Assembly (NCBI RefSeq): GCF_009834535.1
Contig: NC_045696.1
Coordinates: forward strand, 83,950,001-84,014,000
From: Camelus ferus
Taxonomy: Eukaryota
Reading direction: 5' to 3'
Length of the DNA: 64,000 nt
Under the pieces are notes generated by a model. That model was not told where the DNA came from, did not search any database, and saw only the letters and a program-made list of their open reading frames with translations. Made by a program: the position numbers and the translations under genes. The stretch's first letter is position 1; each line of letters opens with the position of its first letter. Of the stretch, positions 1 through 13,441 are shown piece after piece.

Positions 1-85
1 CTCCCCTTGAAATACACAGCGTTGATGAGGGCCAGGTGAGTGGCGGCATCGAAGTCTCTTGGGGATACCAAGTCTTTCAACAGAC
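1..85 (-). CDS. SERPINI1: Neuroserpin exon 4 (partial, runs off the window)
   Basis: Acceptor ctgcatag|GT at 86/85. Encodes (S)[27 protein letters not shown], which contains the serpin strand s3A motif LINAVYFKG. Confidence 0.97.
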
Positions 86-1672
86 CTATGCAGCAGAAAA
101 ATGAATGTAGAAAATTCATATGAAATTGGAAGGTGAAAGGGAGCCAAAAGATAATCAAGCTACTATCTGATGGCACGATCAAGGAAACTTTATCCTCTTA
201 CTAAATTCACAATGAAAATTACAAGTATCTTGTTTTCAAAGGAAAAATGTTACACACACAGACTCAGAGCATCTAAAACACCCACACCACCCAAAATAAC
301 ACTACTAGCATTTTGACATTTGCACAAACTACAGAAACACATACAACAGAATCTCAGGCTTCACTGCTTTCTAGTTGCAATGATGCATGTAAAACTCTTT
401 AACACAGAATAAGGACTCAATAAACATTTCTAAGTTAATTCTTGAACAATGTACATGATGAAAATGTCATCCAATTCAAACCTTTCCCCCCATGTACATT
501 AGATATCTTTCTCCTAAATATAACAACTGCTTTTGACTAGTGGAAAACGATGAGTAAATAGTTAGTTTAACTCATAACACCTTATTTTCTATCACTTGAA
601 ATATTCCTTTCCAAATCTACTTTGAAAGACATTGGGACTTTGCTGGTTGTTGAAATTGTTTAAAAAAGAGTTTGGAAACAGATAGCTTTTAATAATTCAA
701 TTTAATGCAGGTGAACTATTATTCTTAATTTATTCTTTGATAAAACAATTGTGTTTCTTTTATTTTACATTGTAATCTCATAGTGGACAAGACAGGACCA
801 ACATTTGCTCTGTATACTCTCATTTTATTAGTCATAGCCCTTCTTCAGGTCCTTAAGGAGGTGCCTTAGCGTTTTGGGGATTAAAGGACAAAAGCTATAG
901 GAGCAGGGACTTTTGTTGTTTCAACATAAACTTTACTAGATTAACTTATTTGGGGAGTTTTGACAACATAAAATAATTTAATGAACAGCCATAATAATCT
1001 ACTTGAAATTTGGTCTCATTTTTTAGATTCTACTTTCAACTATTTTGTTGGTAAAATTGGAAAAGTCAAATAGTAAAATATGAAACATTTGGAAAGTTTA
1101 AATACATTTTAAAAATATGATTTAGAAACACAGTTTAAGACAAGTCCATCTTTTTCCAGTTCCTCTCCATTTATTTGGGCTTAAAATGGGCTGCTCTTTT
1201 TTAAAGGAATCCTGTATAAACCTTTTGATTACCAAGCCTGTAGTTCAAAAGTTGACAAACATCTTTAAACTCTGATTTTTAAACTCTCTCTTATTCTATC
1301 CTAATCATATTGTTGAGGGCCATCAACTCCCATTCTAACAAGATCTAACTTATTAAACAGTCAGCTCAAGCAAAATTCCATACAGCAGTTAAGATTACTA
1401 TAGGGATAAAACACACCAACTGGAGAGCACAGATTTCATACCATCAGTGCCAATATCTGCCACATGCCAAAAGATTTAACTCCTTTCTCAAACGTTTATT
1501 CACAAACAATGCTTCTAAAATAGACTGTAATCTATGCAAAACAATTAGTAGATACTCACCTAAATGCAATCTGATATTCAAACTGTAAAAGGAATGAGGG
1601 GGCAAATAATTTCAGAAGTAAAACAGAGGTAAAACTAAGACATTAGAGAAAGAAAAGAAACAAATGACATAC

Positions 1673-1903
1673 TATTTGTGTGATTCTCCACCCACTTATT
1701 GATACGGTTGGCCACGGCTACATTTTGACTGAAGTCCACATGATTTACTTCCGCATTAAAGTACTTTTTCAGCATTTGCACAAACTCATCACTGATATGA
1801 AATCCATTTTGCACAAAGAGGGAATTGGCAATTTTCATTACATAGTGGCCGTCTTCAGCAGTCGCCACGTGAGAAAGATCCTTCAAGAAAGGAAATTCTT
1901 CCC
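1673..1903 (-). CDS. SERPINI1: Neuroserpin exon 3 (231 nt)
   Basis: Acceptor tttgcag|GG GAA GAA and donor AAT A|gtatgt. Encodes (G)[76 protein letters not shown]. The phase-1 junctions are compatible with both neighbouring exons. Confidence 0.98.
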
Positions 1904-2928
1904 CTGCAAAGTGACAAAGGACAAGTTTAGTGGTGGAACAGACATGGTGAAAGATGAAGGAGAGTGGAGGAGCACTGAGACACAGCAAGGCGGGTGAAGA
2001 GAAGAGAGGCCCAGAGGAAAAGCACTGGCTTATTCCCCACGTGGACGTGGGAAGGAGATTCCAATGTTTGTGCTGCTTCTAGATGTCCGATTTAATTTTC
2101 TGCAGTTGAGTATTATCAGCTGATATTATTTTTCATTTTAATTGATTATGTTGGTAGAATCTACAGAGTAGAGATATTTGGGTTGTTTCCTTTCAAAGTC
2201 CTTATGTTACTTTAATTAAATTTGTCTTATTTTATAACTGTCAGAAATAAGAATTAAGTTTAATTACCTAGTTTAAAAATCAAAAGAGTCCTTTAAGTTT
2301 TGCTTTCATTAGACTTCTTTTTTTAACCTCATAACTCAAAAATCAAACAGAAATTGTTTTCGCTCTCAAATTTTTAATGAGCTAATCCACATGTGTATTA
2401 GAAACATTAAAATAGAAATTGCGCATCACGGCAAAGTGATCACAAAACAGAAATTTGCTCCAATATAAAAATGTTTCATTAGAGAAAATTATTGGATGCT
2501 ACATAAACATAGCAAGATACAGTTGATTTTAAGTAAATTTTTTTGATATTCTTGGAGAATAATGTTCTTTTCTTTATAGCACTCATCATAGTTATAATTT
2601 CTTGTTATTTATGTGATAATTGATTACTAATGCCTCTCCTTCAAAACCGGAAACTCTGTCAGAGCAAGAACCATGTCTGCTTTTGATTGTCACAGTGAAG
2701 TTTATTTAAAGAATGATAATGGATATTATTCCTTTAAATTAACTCAGCCAGGGATGCAGCTAGAAATTCACCTTTCTTGGGTTTCCTAATGCTTCTTTTA
2801 TTCATACCATTTCAGTAAGATCGTTTTTTTACCCTGGGTACATACTGCTGCCTCGGGCATAAGGCAACATAACTGAGTTGAAAGTTAAAGTCAAATCATC
2901 TTGCGAAATCAAACCTAAGCACACTTAC

Positions 2929-3178
2929 CATTTTTCAGGCTGTCATATCCCATTGAATGACGGATTTCTTTCAGGGTAGACCCTTGGGCTCCAAGTTCCA
3001 TCATTCCCATCGCAAGGGTGACACTCAATGGAGAGAAAAGAATATTTTCATCTTCTCCAGCAGCTCGAAGATGGTTATACATATTCACCGACAACTCAGC
3101 AATGGTTTCATCAGTGAAACTAGTCCCTAAAGCCAAACTTTGCAGAAGGAGCAAAGAGAAGAGTCCAAGGAAAGCCAT
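2929..3178 (-). CDS. SERPINI1: Neuroserpin (serpin I1), first coding exon (exon 2). The exon starts at 3196 with 18 nt of 5'UTR.
   Basis: Translates as [84 protein letters not shown]: a signal peptide plus the serpin NILFSPLS motif, matching the neuroserpin N-terminus. Acceptor ttctccag|GCTTGA at 3197/3196 and donor AATG|gtaagt at 2929/2928; 250 coding nt. Confidence 0.98.
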
Positions 3179-6100
3179 ACTGGAATAGTTTCAAGCCTGG
3201 AGAATGATAATTTATGTATTAGTTATTAATTATTTCAGAAAAATAGAGTGAAAGGTAAAAAAAAAAAATTTCTTGGCAAAGTTGTAAAGCAAACCAAAAG
3301 TCTTTAAACATACACAGTGTTAGTGTCTCTATAATGAAGGCCCCAGTAAAGGACTTGTTGGAAGGTCCTATTAAGTCTATTAATAGTCAAATGAGCAAGT
3401 AACACTGCTAAGCTCTGAGGATACTCCCAGGAACAAGAAACCTCTGGTCCTACCTTCACAGGGTTGAATATATACAGGTGCCTTTTCAGCAAGTAATTGT
3501 AGGTCATGTTTGGTGAGGCAAATTTATCAATTTTCATAGCCTCACCAAATATATTTTGGTCATGACTTTGAAACAGTTTACTCCAGCTTACACTAAACTA
3601 TGTAGGTTCAGGACAACTAAAATGAAAACCAAAAGATATTTACAGGGTTTAAGATCAATGAGTGAAGTTAAGCATTTGAAAATACCGCTTTACCCATTTA
3701 CTGCAATTTACAAAGTGAATGCACCACGCAGCTGGGTTACCAACAGTGGGGAGGGATCAGACACACACCTGCCAGGAGCCCCAGTTTATTCAGCCGAGGC
3801 TGCAGAATCCACAGGAAGTGGTAACCCAGAGAAAAAGCAGATTCAGCACATCCTTGTGTGGTTTTTCCCTTACACATTGGTTCCCTAGGAGGCTGCTGCC
3901 CTTGGTGACAATCTCTGTGCAGGGAGGAGCCTCCCTCCTACAACCCTGTCCTTCCATACTCAGCCTTATGTTACCAGCTCAGCTTACACGAATAAACTCC
4001 GGTTCTATTTAAATATCTGTTTCTAAATGTCAGGCTTATCTGGTTCTCAAACAGTTTTCTCATGGGAAGAGAAAGCAGTGTCAGTGCCCAGCTACTGCAG
4101 AATAATAGTCCTGCCTCTTGGCACACCAGCGTTCCACACGCCCTTCTCCCCACAAACAGTCTGACTGGTACACGCTGGGGACAGGATTCCCTCCTGTATT
4201 CTCATACTCTGTCTATCACTGTAGGCATTTTTCAACTGAAAGCTACACTGCCTATTCGAACAATTAAGTTGCTTCCTTGTTCTTGATCTTTTTAAAAAAA
4301 AAATCATCATTAAGACAACAGGTAAAGTGATACTGAGCAAACACATTTGGAAAATTGCATTTTAATTAGCACGAAGCACTAACAGTCCCCATCACCCCGT
4401 TAACAGAATGCAAACACATTTAACCTAAGAGCAGCGTGTTTCCAACAGGCTTTTGAGTCAGAACATCCTAACCAGCCCTGAAATATTTCTAATTCTAATT
4501 TCAGAGAACTTTGCCTGGTCACTTTGCAAGTTCTTCACATTTTAAGATTCTGCTTCAGGTATTAGTTTTTTGTCTGAGAAGTTCCAATTCCCCCTGCATT
4601 CTGCCTGCCCCCACCCCTACTTCAGTATTAAGGTTTAAATAACTGTTGCTTGTTTAGGAAGGTAAAGCCCAGCCTGCATGTAAATATGAACTCTCACAAC
4701 CCACGCTGTGAGGAGGCCAAGAATGGCTGCTGGTCGGGGACGGAGTCCCTGCTACAGACTCCACCATGCACGCAGCATCGGGACAGAACCCGGGGCCAGA
4801 GCGCAGCTGCCCTGCTGGTCCACCGGCTTCCGCCATCGATGAGAGGCTGCTGTGACACTCCCTCTTCCTTCGTCCTCTCCAGGGAGAGAAGAAGTGGAAG
4901 AGATGATTTTCCTCTCTCTAGTTTCGGATGGAAGAAATTCAGCACGTGCTCTTCTAGGTTGAAAGAGAACTTGAAACGTATTCAGTACTGAATACTCAGG
5001 ATGTAATAGTGTTTAGGGGAACTCTGAAATCCAAGTCAGGTTCAAAAGCCCATGCTCTTACATATGTCACTACACTGCTGACTGATGTGCCATCTTACAT
5101 TTTACCCAGCAAAGACCCAATCCTGGGCCTCATTACTTTCATTTAATGTTTTCTGGTACAGGACCAAGAAATTAAAGTCACCATATGCCAGTAGTATCTG
5201 TCATTCAATAACACAACTTTTGGGAAAGCACTGCATTTTATACAAGTATTAAATTTTAAGCTAATAAAGAGATTTCATTCATACAAAACAAAAACTAAAC
5301 TATTGCCAACCAATAAGCATTTCAGAAAGTAAGGCCAAGTCTATTGTGTTTGTAGACATTTTTATTTACACATGCATGTACCATGAGATAATAATCATAG
5401 CTGACATACGATGTATGACCTGTGACACGTCACGTGCATCCTCTCAGTCTTAGCTTCCTCACTCACGGAATGAAGATACCAATCCCCACACTGAACAATT
5501 ATGAAAGAAATAAAAGACAACATGTCTATTTGAAGCACTCACTTTAAGGTATAAGTTATACTAATAAAGGACATTATCATTAGAAAGTATGTTTCCTAGG
5601 TTTGTATACTTTCAAAGTGGAGCAAGAGGCGACCGAGCCAAAAGGAGCACTTCTTCATTCCTGTCAGCCCATGGAATGTAACACCATTAGCCATTCACTC
5701 AGCCAAGACCGACAGAGGTATCAGGAAGACACCAGAATTCATAAGGACAGGCTCTTGTCTTCAAGGAGCTCACATCACTGTGCAGCAGTACTCGATCTAT
5801 TACAGTGGTTCTTATCTTTTTAAGAAAAGAGAATTCTTTTAAGAATCAGGCGAAGGGAAAATCATCTCAAAAAATGTACGTGCATGGAACAGAACAGTAC
5901 ATTCAGTGGCCAGCATATTTACTGACCTCAGGTTGGGAACCCCTGGTCTACAGCAGAGGGTCCAGTGCAGAAAGAAGCCATGTTTGATGGAGCCACAGCA
6001 CTGCCACAGTCCCTTACAGGGGGAAAGAGATGTCAAAACCACTAATGTCTCTTCAAGCTTCTAGAGGATTCCTGGAAAGAACACCCATATGCTTGTGAGA

Positions 6101-6599
6101 GAGGGCTCTTCCCAGGGGAGTGAGCAGCGGGGCACCGACTTACATATTCTGCTAGGAAACTGGAAGCAGTATGGCTGTGAATGGTGGGAGGGGTCATATC
6201 AGGAAACTCCTTGATAAGGATTGAAAGAACTCTGCTCTAGAAACACATTGTATCCACAGCTAGGTGATCTGTCCTTCTTCTGAAGGCGAGATTTGCAGCA
6301 TGGAAGCAACATGCCCACTGCTCACCTGATCCAGCCTTGCTGATCCCACCTATTCCACCCCTGGTCCCCGGCCCTTCACCTCTGCGGCCTCTGACCCCTT
6401 CTCCTGGGTGGTTTTGTTTTGTTTCCCGGAGGAGAGGGGACGATTTCCTGTCCCCCTTCTGTCTTCTAGGTACGGGAAGCCTTCTCCACGGGTCTACTCC
6501 TGGCCCTCCTCTCTCTCTCTGGTGCTCTTCTCACTCCTCCTCCTGAACTTCTCTCCAAACAAAAAGGTACTTCAACTATTATCCCCATTCATATGATTC

Positions 6600-7592
6600 C
6601 CAAATAAATAAAATCCTAGCTCCAGCTTCACTTTTACCTTCACTGCTGATGTGCATCGCAAATTGTTCTTGGGATATTTAGGCTTCAACTCTTGCCACCA
6701 CTTTAAATTCAAGGCGGCTCAAACAGGAATCTTTGTCTTATCAATCAAACCCACTCCTTTTTATTTCCTAAAAACATCAAAGCCTTTGACTCTTTCCCAT
6801 CTCTTTTCCCCTTGTGGCCAACGAACAGTTAACACTTACTCCACCCTGCATCCCTGGCACCTCTCCCAGCCATCGTCCCGCGTCCTTTCCCATGGCCACG
6901 GTGGCAGTTTTCCCCTGCCTGCATCCCCAAGGACTACACCAACGCCTCTCCGCCATCCTCTGAACCCGGGTTACCGCGCTTCTCAATCCGACACCGCGCA
7001 TCCTCCAGATGAACCGTCTTGATGTGCTTTTATGAGCAGGTATTCCTACACTTACAAAACCTTAGGCTCTCCCTCGTGCCTGGGGACCAAAGCCCCAAAT
7101 CTTCGGTCTTGAACACAACCCCCTGCGCTGCGATTCAGTATTACTTTCTACCCACTACTCTCCTCCATGGATCCTACAGTTCTAGCCAGAATCCCTTTTG
7201 CAATACATATCCCAGAATTTCCCTCTCCTGATGCTGGCTTGTGTAGTTTTCTTTCTGGAACTACTTCAACCTGGTTCCATATGTTCAAATCCTACCCACC
7301 CCTCAAGGTTCTGCTCCATTTCCTTTTCCTTTATGCATACCCTCTTGGTTTTCAGTTAAAACACCTATTTCTCCCTTTTCTGAAATCTTGGCACATTTTA
7401 TCTCTACCTCTCCGATAGCACACACCGCTGCTTCCTTCTATTACAGATAATCCCCTACACGTGTCATCTGCTTTCCTAGGCGTTTTGGAGGCACAAATGG
7501 GAACACATTCAGCTTTTATATCCCAGAGTAATCACAATAAGCACCTAATGCCTTACACATAGTAGGAGCCAAATAAATATTTGCTGAATTGA
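6600..7592 (+). mobile_element. LINE-2 (L2) relic, 3' portion
   Basis: Pyrimidine-rich L2-like body ending in ...cacatagtaggagccaaataaatatttgctgaattga, the typical L2 3' terminus. Confidence 0.75.
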
Positions 7593-8757
7593 TAGAGCTG
7601 AGATGTACAGGCCCACAATGTTGCATAAGAAGGAACAACAAGAGAAGCTGCTGCTTCTGAATTCTCGAGGCTAATTTAATCTGAGCCCACAGGCAGTAGC
7701 TAATTTCCATTTTTTATCCCCTTTGATAAAGTGTTTCCTTATTGAGTCTGAGACTCTCTTTCCAGCCTGACAAAGTGGCACTGTCACCAAAGCTGGCATA
7801 ATGCAATGGCTGGACATGGGATGCATTAACAAACAAGTATACCACCTTGAGAAATCACAAAAGGTGGTACCCAAATGCTACTGTATTAACAGTAGTCTAC
7901 AAAATGCCAGGGCCCCACCATTAATCACAATCATCAACACATTCTAAAACGAGTTACTCTCACAAGGAGTATTACTTTATAGACTAATTATCTTCAAGCT
8001 ATGGAATAAAATCCCTTTACATAAAAATAAGGGGCCGCAGTACTAGAATAGTAGTAGACAGTGCTGTGATGCTAGGAAAGGCAAAGGCAGTCGAGCTATG
8101 AATAAACTACCATTAATTCTTGCCCTTCTCCTCCTGCTGCCAGTGGTCCATGTTGTGGGCACGTGTATGTGAGTGTCCTGCTTCAGAAAACACTTCACTG
8201 AAACAGATCAGAGAACTAAATCTTCTTGTAATTGAGGTATGAGGAATCACAGAACTAAAAGCTAGCACAATAAAAAGAATAATTTTTCAAAAACTTCCTG
8301 AGTAGTTAATTTAGAGAGAGGTTGATTATTCATACATACAACTTGTTGCTTTTTGAGAATCCAGTTATTTGACATTAAAAAAAAATGGTTTCACAGTTGT
8401 GAGCTGAGGGAAAAAGAGAGGTGATCTTTAGATGATGAGACAAATGGATGAAGAAGGTCCTTTCTTCACGAAGGAACAGTGATAGGAAGGAACTAAGGAG
8501 GGATGCCTACTGCAGAGAACACTGTCTTAAAGCCCTCTGGACTATTAATCCTCAGATTTTTGCATATAAAGGACTAGTAATCTTTTAATTGAGGGAACCA
8601 TACAGGGTTGCTAAATTTTTATTTTACCAACTAAATACATTGGGATGGGAGCAAAAAAATGAACAAAAATAATGCTTTTTACAATCACATGAAAGAATGA
8701 ACACATCTATCACATAAAAGAATGAACACCTCAACATAAAAATTAGACTGTCCTTTA

Positions 8758-8997
8758 GGTGGGGATAAATTAGGGGTTGGGGATTAACAGATACACATTA
8801 CTATATATAAAATAGATAAACAATAAGGACCTACTGTAGAGCACAAGGAACTATATTCAATTTCTTATAATAACATAATGGAAAAGAATCTGAAAAGAAA
8901 ATATATGTATGTATGTATATGTATAACTGAATCATTTTGCTGTACATCTGAAGCTAACATTGTAAATCAACTACACTTCAATAAAAATTTTTTAAAA
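8758..8997 (+). mobile_element. 5'-truncated cetartiodactyl-type L1 3' end with TSD
   Basis: gggataaattaggggttgggattaacagatacac...gtaaatcaactacacttcaataaaaa. Flanked by agactgtccttta (8745-8757) and agattgtccttta (8998-9010). Confidence 0.85.
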
Positions 8998-11208
8998 AGA
9001 TTGTCCTTTAAAGTGGATATATTTGAATTCATGATTTTTTTTTCCCTCATGAGTAGGCACTGGGTTAATCTGTGCTAGTAGATAAATCTTTTGTCCTTGA
9101 GCTATATACAAAGAACTGCCTGTTGGATGCCAAGCAGTACAATTAAAGGCAGAAGAATTTGCCAGATCTCTCAGAATAAATCATAGTGTTTTTAAAACAA
9201 GAAAAGGTAAATGACCCACGCATGATTTGTGATGGACTATTGTTCAAGTGCTAAGCTGTCAGAGCTTCCTGATAACTTTCAAAATTTGCTGTACACGTGG
9301 GTGGAAAGTCAGGGGTGTGGGGATGGACTAATCTAATAATGGAAATAAATGGAAATTTAGAGAATACACCAGGATTCTTTGAAATATCTTAAGATTACAT
9401 TTTCAATCATAAAAGCACTAAAAAAGGTTTTGACCAGAAAATGCATTATGAAAAGGTTCATATCATGTGCCTGATAAATGATAGTCCAATGTAATTCAGA
9501 ACGATAAGAAGGCTTAGGTTGAAACTCTGGCTATTGAGGGAATAATACGCTATGGTACAAATAAACATACTCCACTGTGCTATTTTTTAAAACAAGTGTA
9601 TAGTTTTTCCTTTTAAAATGTTCTTTCTCCTAAAAAAAAAAAAAGGTGTTATTAAATTGAGACATGCCTTAAAACCAAGTGGTCAGAGCCAAGGAAATAA
9701 GAAACAAAGAGGTTTAATTCTGTAATTGCAACATCTATGAAATTATGATATAAATGATTTCTCTTCTCATCTTGTTCTTTCTTTTTCTTCTCTCTTCAGC
9801 TGTTTCACCCATTTTGACCCTTTTCTATACTCTCTTAACTTAAGAGTTTTCAATAATACACGCTTTTATGTTCTTTTTCCTGTTCTACTGAATCAAGAAA
9901 GCTCATCAGGTATCTCTCAAACTAGGAGGAAATGGCCAGGTAAACCAAAGGAGCAGAACTATGGAGAGAGTAACCTATAAAGATTTAATTTATCATACAA
10001 AAATTATAAAAGGCTAGGAAATGGACCAAGATGATTACTGGGTGTCTTCAGTGAAAAACTATGCATTATCTAGCATATACCCTTTCAGGTTATCTGACTC
10101 TGTGGGTTTGAACACTTCACTGTCTTTGAATGATTTTACAACTCTCTAAATTGCAGAGAATTGATAGTTATGCAAAGGATTCTTGTCTATAAAAATGCAC
10201 AGTGTATATGTATGGTGGAATGCAGTTGATTATTGCCCTGTGGATATTGACCAGTTTTGTGTCTATCAAGCAAATGTAGTTCAGTATTCCTGATAGATTT
10301 ACGTATTTATCTGCTTTTTGGGTTCTTCTATGAATTGGCTGTAACATTTTAGGGTCTCTCATTAATTAATGAGCTAAATAAAATCTTTGATATCTGTTTA
10401 TTTTCTTTTTGTGTGAAAATCAAGATTATAACCTTTTAAAAAATAATTTTCCTTAAACTAATTTTTTAAATCCTTAAAACTAGAAATTTTTCTGTTAAAA
10501 AATGTTTATTTTCGTGGGATACTCCAACAATCAGAATAGGAAAAAGCTGCAATATTAGTCTTTTTATAATACCTGAAATTTCTTTAATTATTGGTTGAAT
10601 TGGTACTGTACCAGTGGCACCTCCAAGTGACTTGGTAGAACTCTTTGGCTTGGAATTCCTGATCACATGGCAGCTAGTGCTGAGCTGGCTCTGCTACACA
10701 TCTAAAGTTCTCAAGTATTTTGCATGCATCCAAGAAGAAAGTTGGGCCTGGAAGAGTTTATGGTAGCAAGATTATTTAGGGACTAACTAGTCCTGGAAAT
10801 GTTGAGAGACAACCAAGGGAAGCTATGGTGCCAAAACATCCCAGAATTTCTCAAGTGCTTTGGCATGTATTAATATAATTAATATACATTTCTCAGCATC
10901 AAGAGGAGGCTAATTGGAATGAAAATGAACTGTGCCTAAGCAGATTCCTTCCTTTGGCAGTACTCGAGGCTTCCAAGGAGCTTTTAAGTTTTCCCAGTAA
11001 CCTCCCTGGGCCAAAACATCATCTATCTACTAGGAGGTACGGATATTTCACAACAAAGATAACCCCTAAGGGAATTGTTTTGACTCAATAAATAGATGCT
11101 GAATAAATAAATCTCTGGCTAAAACTTTTCCTACCTTAGGCCATAAGAAATTTCTTAAATTAGAAGCCAAAATGATTGATTATTCTGTATCATTCAAAAA
11201 GCTAGAAA

Positions 11209-11419
11209 ATGTGGTCCAACAGAGCTTTCTGCAATGATAAACATATCACATATGTGTTCTTGTCCAATAAGGTAGCCCTTTGCTCCTTGTGATTATTGGG
11301 TTCTTGTAATGTGCCTAATGCAACTGCCACATTAGTGGAGCAAGAATTTTAATTTTATTTAATTTTGAGTGATTTAAACAGCCACATGTGACTAGCAGCT
11401 ACCGTATTTGAAAGTGCAG
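11209..11419. mobile_element. MER3-like hAT-Charlie DNA transposon relic
   Basis: gtccaacagagctttctgcaatgat...tgtccaataaggtagcc...agccacatgtgactagcagctaccgtatttgaaagtgcag matches the recalled MER3 pattern. Confidence 0.75.
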
Positions 11420-12177
11420 AGCTAAAAGTAGGCTAAAGGGATCTACTCTTCATAAAACTGGTTCTTGACCATAATACAAGTGTTTAAAACAAAACCAGAG
11501 AAATTAGTAGCATGCACCTCATAAATCATGTCTCTTAAAAACATATTCCCTTTCTTCAGGAGATCTCAACTGATAAAAAGTCTCCATTTGGAATTTCAGA
11601 GGCTTTTGGTTAATGCTGGTGACTATTGAGGAAAGCAGTCAATGCCAATATGAACCAGTGAGCTGGCAGGCCCTCAGCCCTCCTGGAAATATGATTTGGG
11701 CTTTCTATAAAATGGCGATGAATAATTCTGTTTGGCACAACTGGGGAGATGTTGTACTTGCCAACGAATGACTTCCTTTGGAACACTGTCAGGAAAGCTA
11801 AACAAGTGACACGCAAGCCCTGAGGCAAAATTCAGTGAGTAGTTTCAGAGAGACAGGTTAAAAAGTCATCATCAGTCAAGGTCAAGTGTGGCCCAAGGCC
11901 ATTTTGGAACTGAGCCAGACATTAATGGTCTTTGCTTACCCATTGATGGTTTAAGAAATCCCTATGCTTGCTCTCCTCCCCAGCCCCAAGGTTAGCTGTT
12001 TACAAGACTGTAGAATGTTCCTGCTAGAAACACTTTGTCCAGCCCCTCATTTTATAAGTGAGGAAACTAAGTCATTTGGACTGAACACCTTTTTGTACAC
12101 AAGGGATGTTTAATGACAGATGCTATAAAAAACAAACAAAACAAACAAGAAAACTTCAAATGTGAATACAGAATTTC

Positions 12178-12290
12178 ATTCACTCATTCATTCATTCATT
12201 CATTCAATAAATACTTGTCCTTGACAACTACATGCCATGCTCTACACTAGTTACCAGGGATACGGAGGAGAACAGGGTGACACCAGAGAT
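12178..12290 (-). mobile_element. L2 3' end with (TTCA)n tail
   Basis: cattcactcattcattcattcattcattcaataaatacttg followed by L2-like sequence. Confidence 0.65.
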
Positions 12291-12634
12291 GTCTTTGTGA
12301 TAATTTTTCTTCACGTGTTAGGTGTACATTGTTCGAAGAGATATTACACTTTTCACTCAGAGCTTTCAAAATACTGAATTTTCTAATTTTTCAATATGAA
12401 AATGTTGCTTGTGTAATAAAGTTTTTAAAAGTTGGATGTGTCCCTGAAAAAAATCTAAAAATACCCACGTGTAAGGTTTCGTCTCAATTTATTTGCCCAC
12501 AGAGGGAGTAGTAGACTGGCTCATCTTGTGATCATTCACTAACACTTGAGTGTACCCTAAAAGGCTGAGAAATGAGCTAAAATATCCAGAGAAGTTATTT
12601 GGTGTGCCAACCTAAAGAAAAAATTCAAGATTTT

Positions 12635-12833
12635 CAGATACTATTATATATAAAATAGATAAACAACAAGTTTACACTGTATAGCACAGGGAATGATGTT
12701 CAATATCTTGTAGTAACCTATAATGAAAAAGAATATGAAAACAAATATATGTATATGTATGACTTAACTATTATGCTGTACACCAGAAATTGACATGACA
12801 TTGTAAACTGACTATACTTCAATAAAAAAAAAA
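12635..12833 (+). mobile_element. 5'-truncated cetartiodactyl/camelid-type L1 3' end
   Basis: ctattatatataaaatagataaacaacaag...ctgtatagcacagggaa...ttgtaaactgactatacttcaataaaaaaaaaa, with poly-A tail. Confidence 0.85.
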
Positions 12834-13441
12834 TTTTTTTAATTTTAAAAAATTCTCACGGAAAGGCTTTCAGAGCATTCAAAGCCAGTCTTAAACCTGT
12901 CTTGATAATGGAGTCAGAAGTGTAAATACACTATTGTAAGTGATGATGTCTCAGTAGAGGACAGTAGTGCTTAGGGCTGTTGGCCAGACACACCAAAGGA
13001 TCCCAGATACTCAGTATTTACATTTTTATTTCTATTACATTATATTTGGGTTATAATCACCGTGGTTCCATCTTTCTTCCTTTCTTCCTTTTTCTCTTCA
13101 TTCTTCCCTCCCTCCATCCCTCCCTTCCTTCCTTGGAATCCTCTGAGTCTCCGCCTCTCCCCACTATACTGCAGTCCCCACAGCTGTTGTTATTTTTTGC
13201 TCCTTTAGCTTTACCCTCTTGCCTTATTCTATAAGGGCGTATCTGAGGGTTTGGGGACATCCTTGAACTCTCCTGAGGTGAAATGCATAGGTTCGCTTTG
13301 CCTCAGTATCTATTAAACCACACCATCTACTTCCTTATCTCAGTTAATAACTAGAATATTCCCAAGATCTTCTTGCTTTTTTAGTAAGATGGTTTAGGCT
13401 TATGGGATTCTGGCACCAAGGTGAATAAGGAAGGATATTAA

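Noticed and set aside
1635..1988. Full 117-aa minus-strand ORF as a standalone protein
   Set aside because: Only 1673-1903 is exon; the ends are intron read-through beyond clear splice sites.
1680..1997. 105-aa plus-strand ORF
   Set aside because: Antisense shadow of SERPINI1 exon 3; no independent coding evidence.
3023..3040. Possible disease-type change in the neuroserpin shutter region (L47, S49, S52)
   Set aside because: All three residues are wild type (ILFSPLS).
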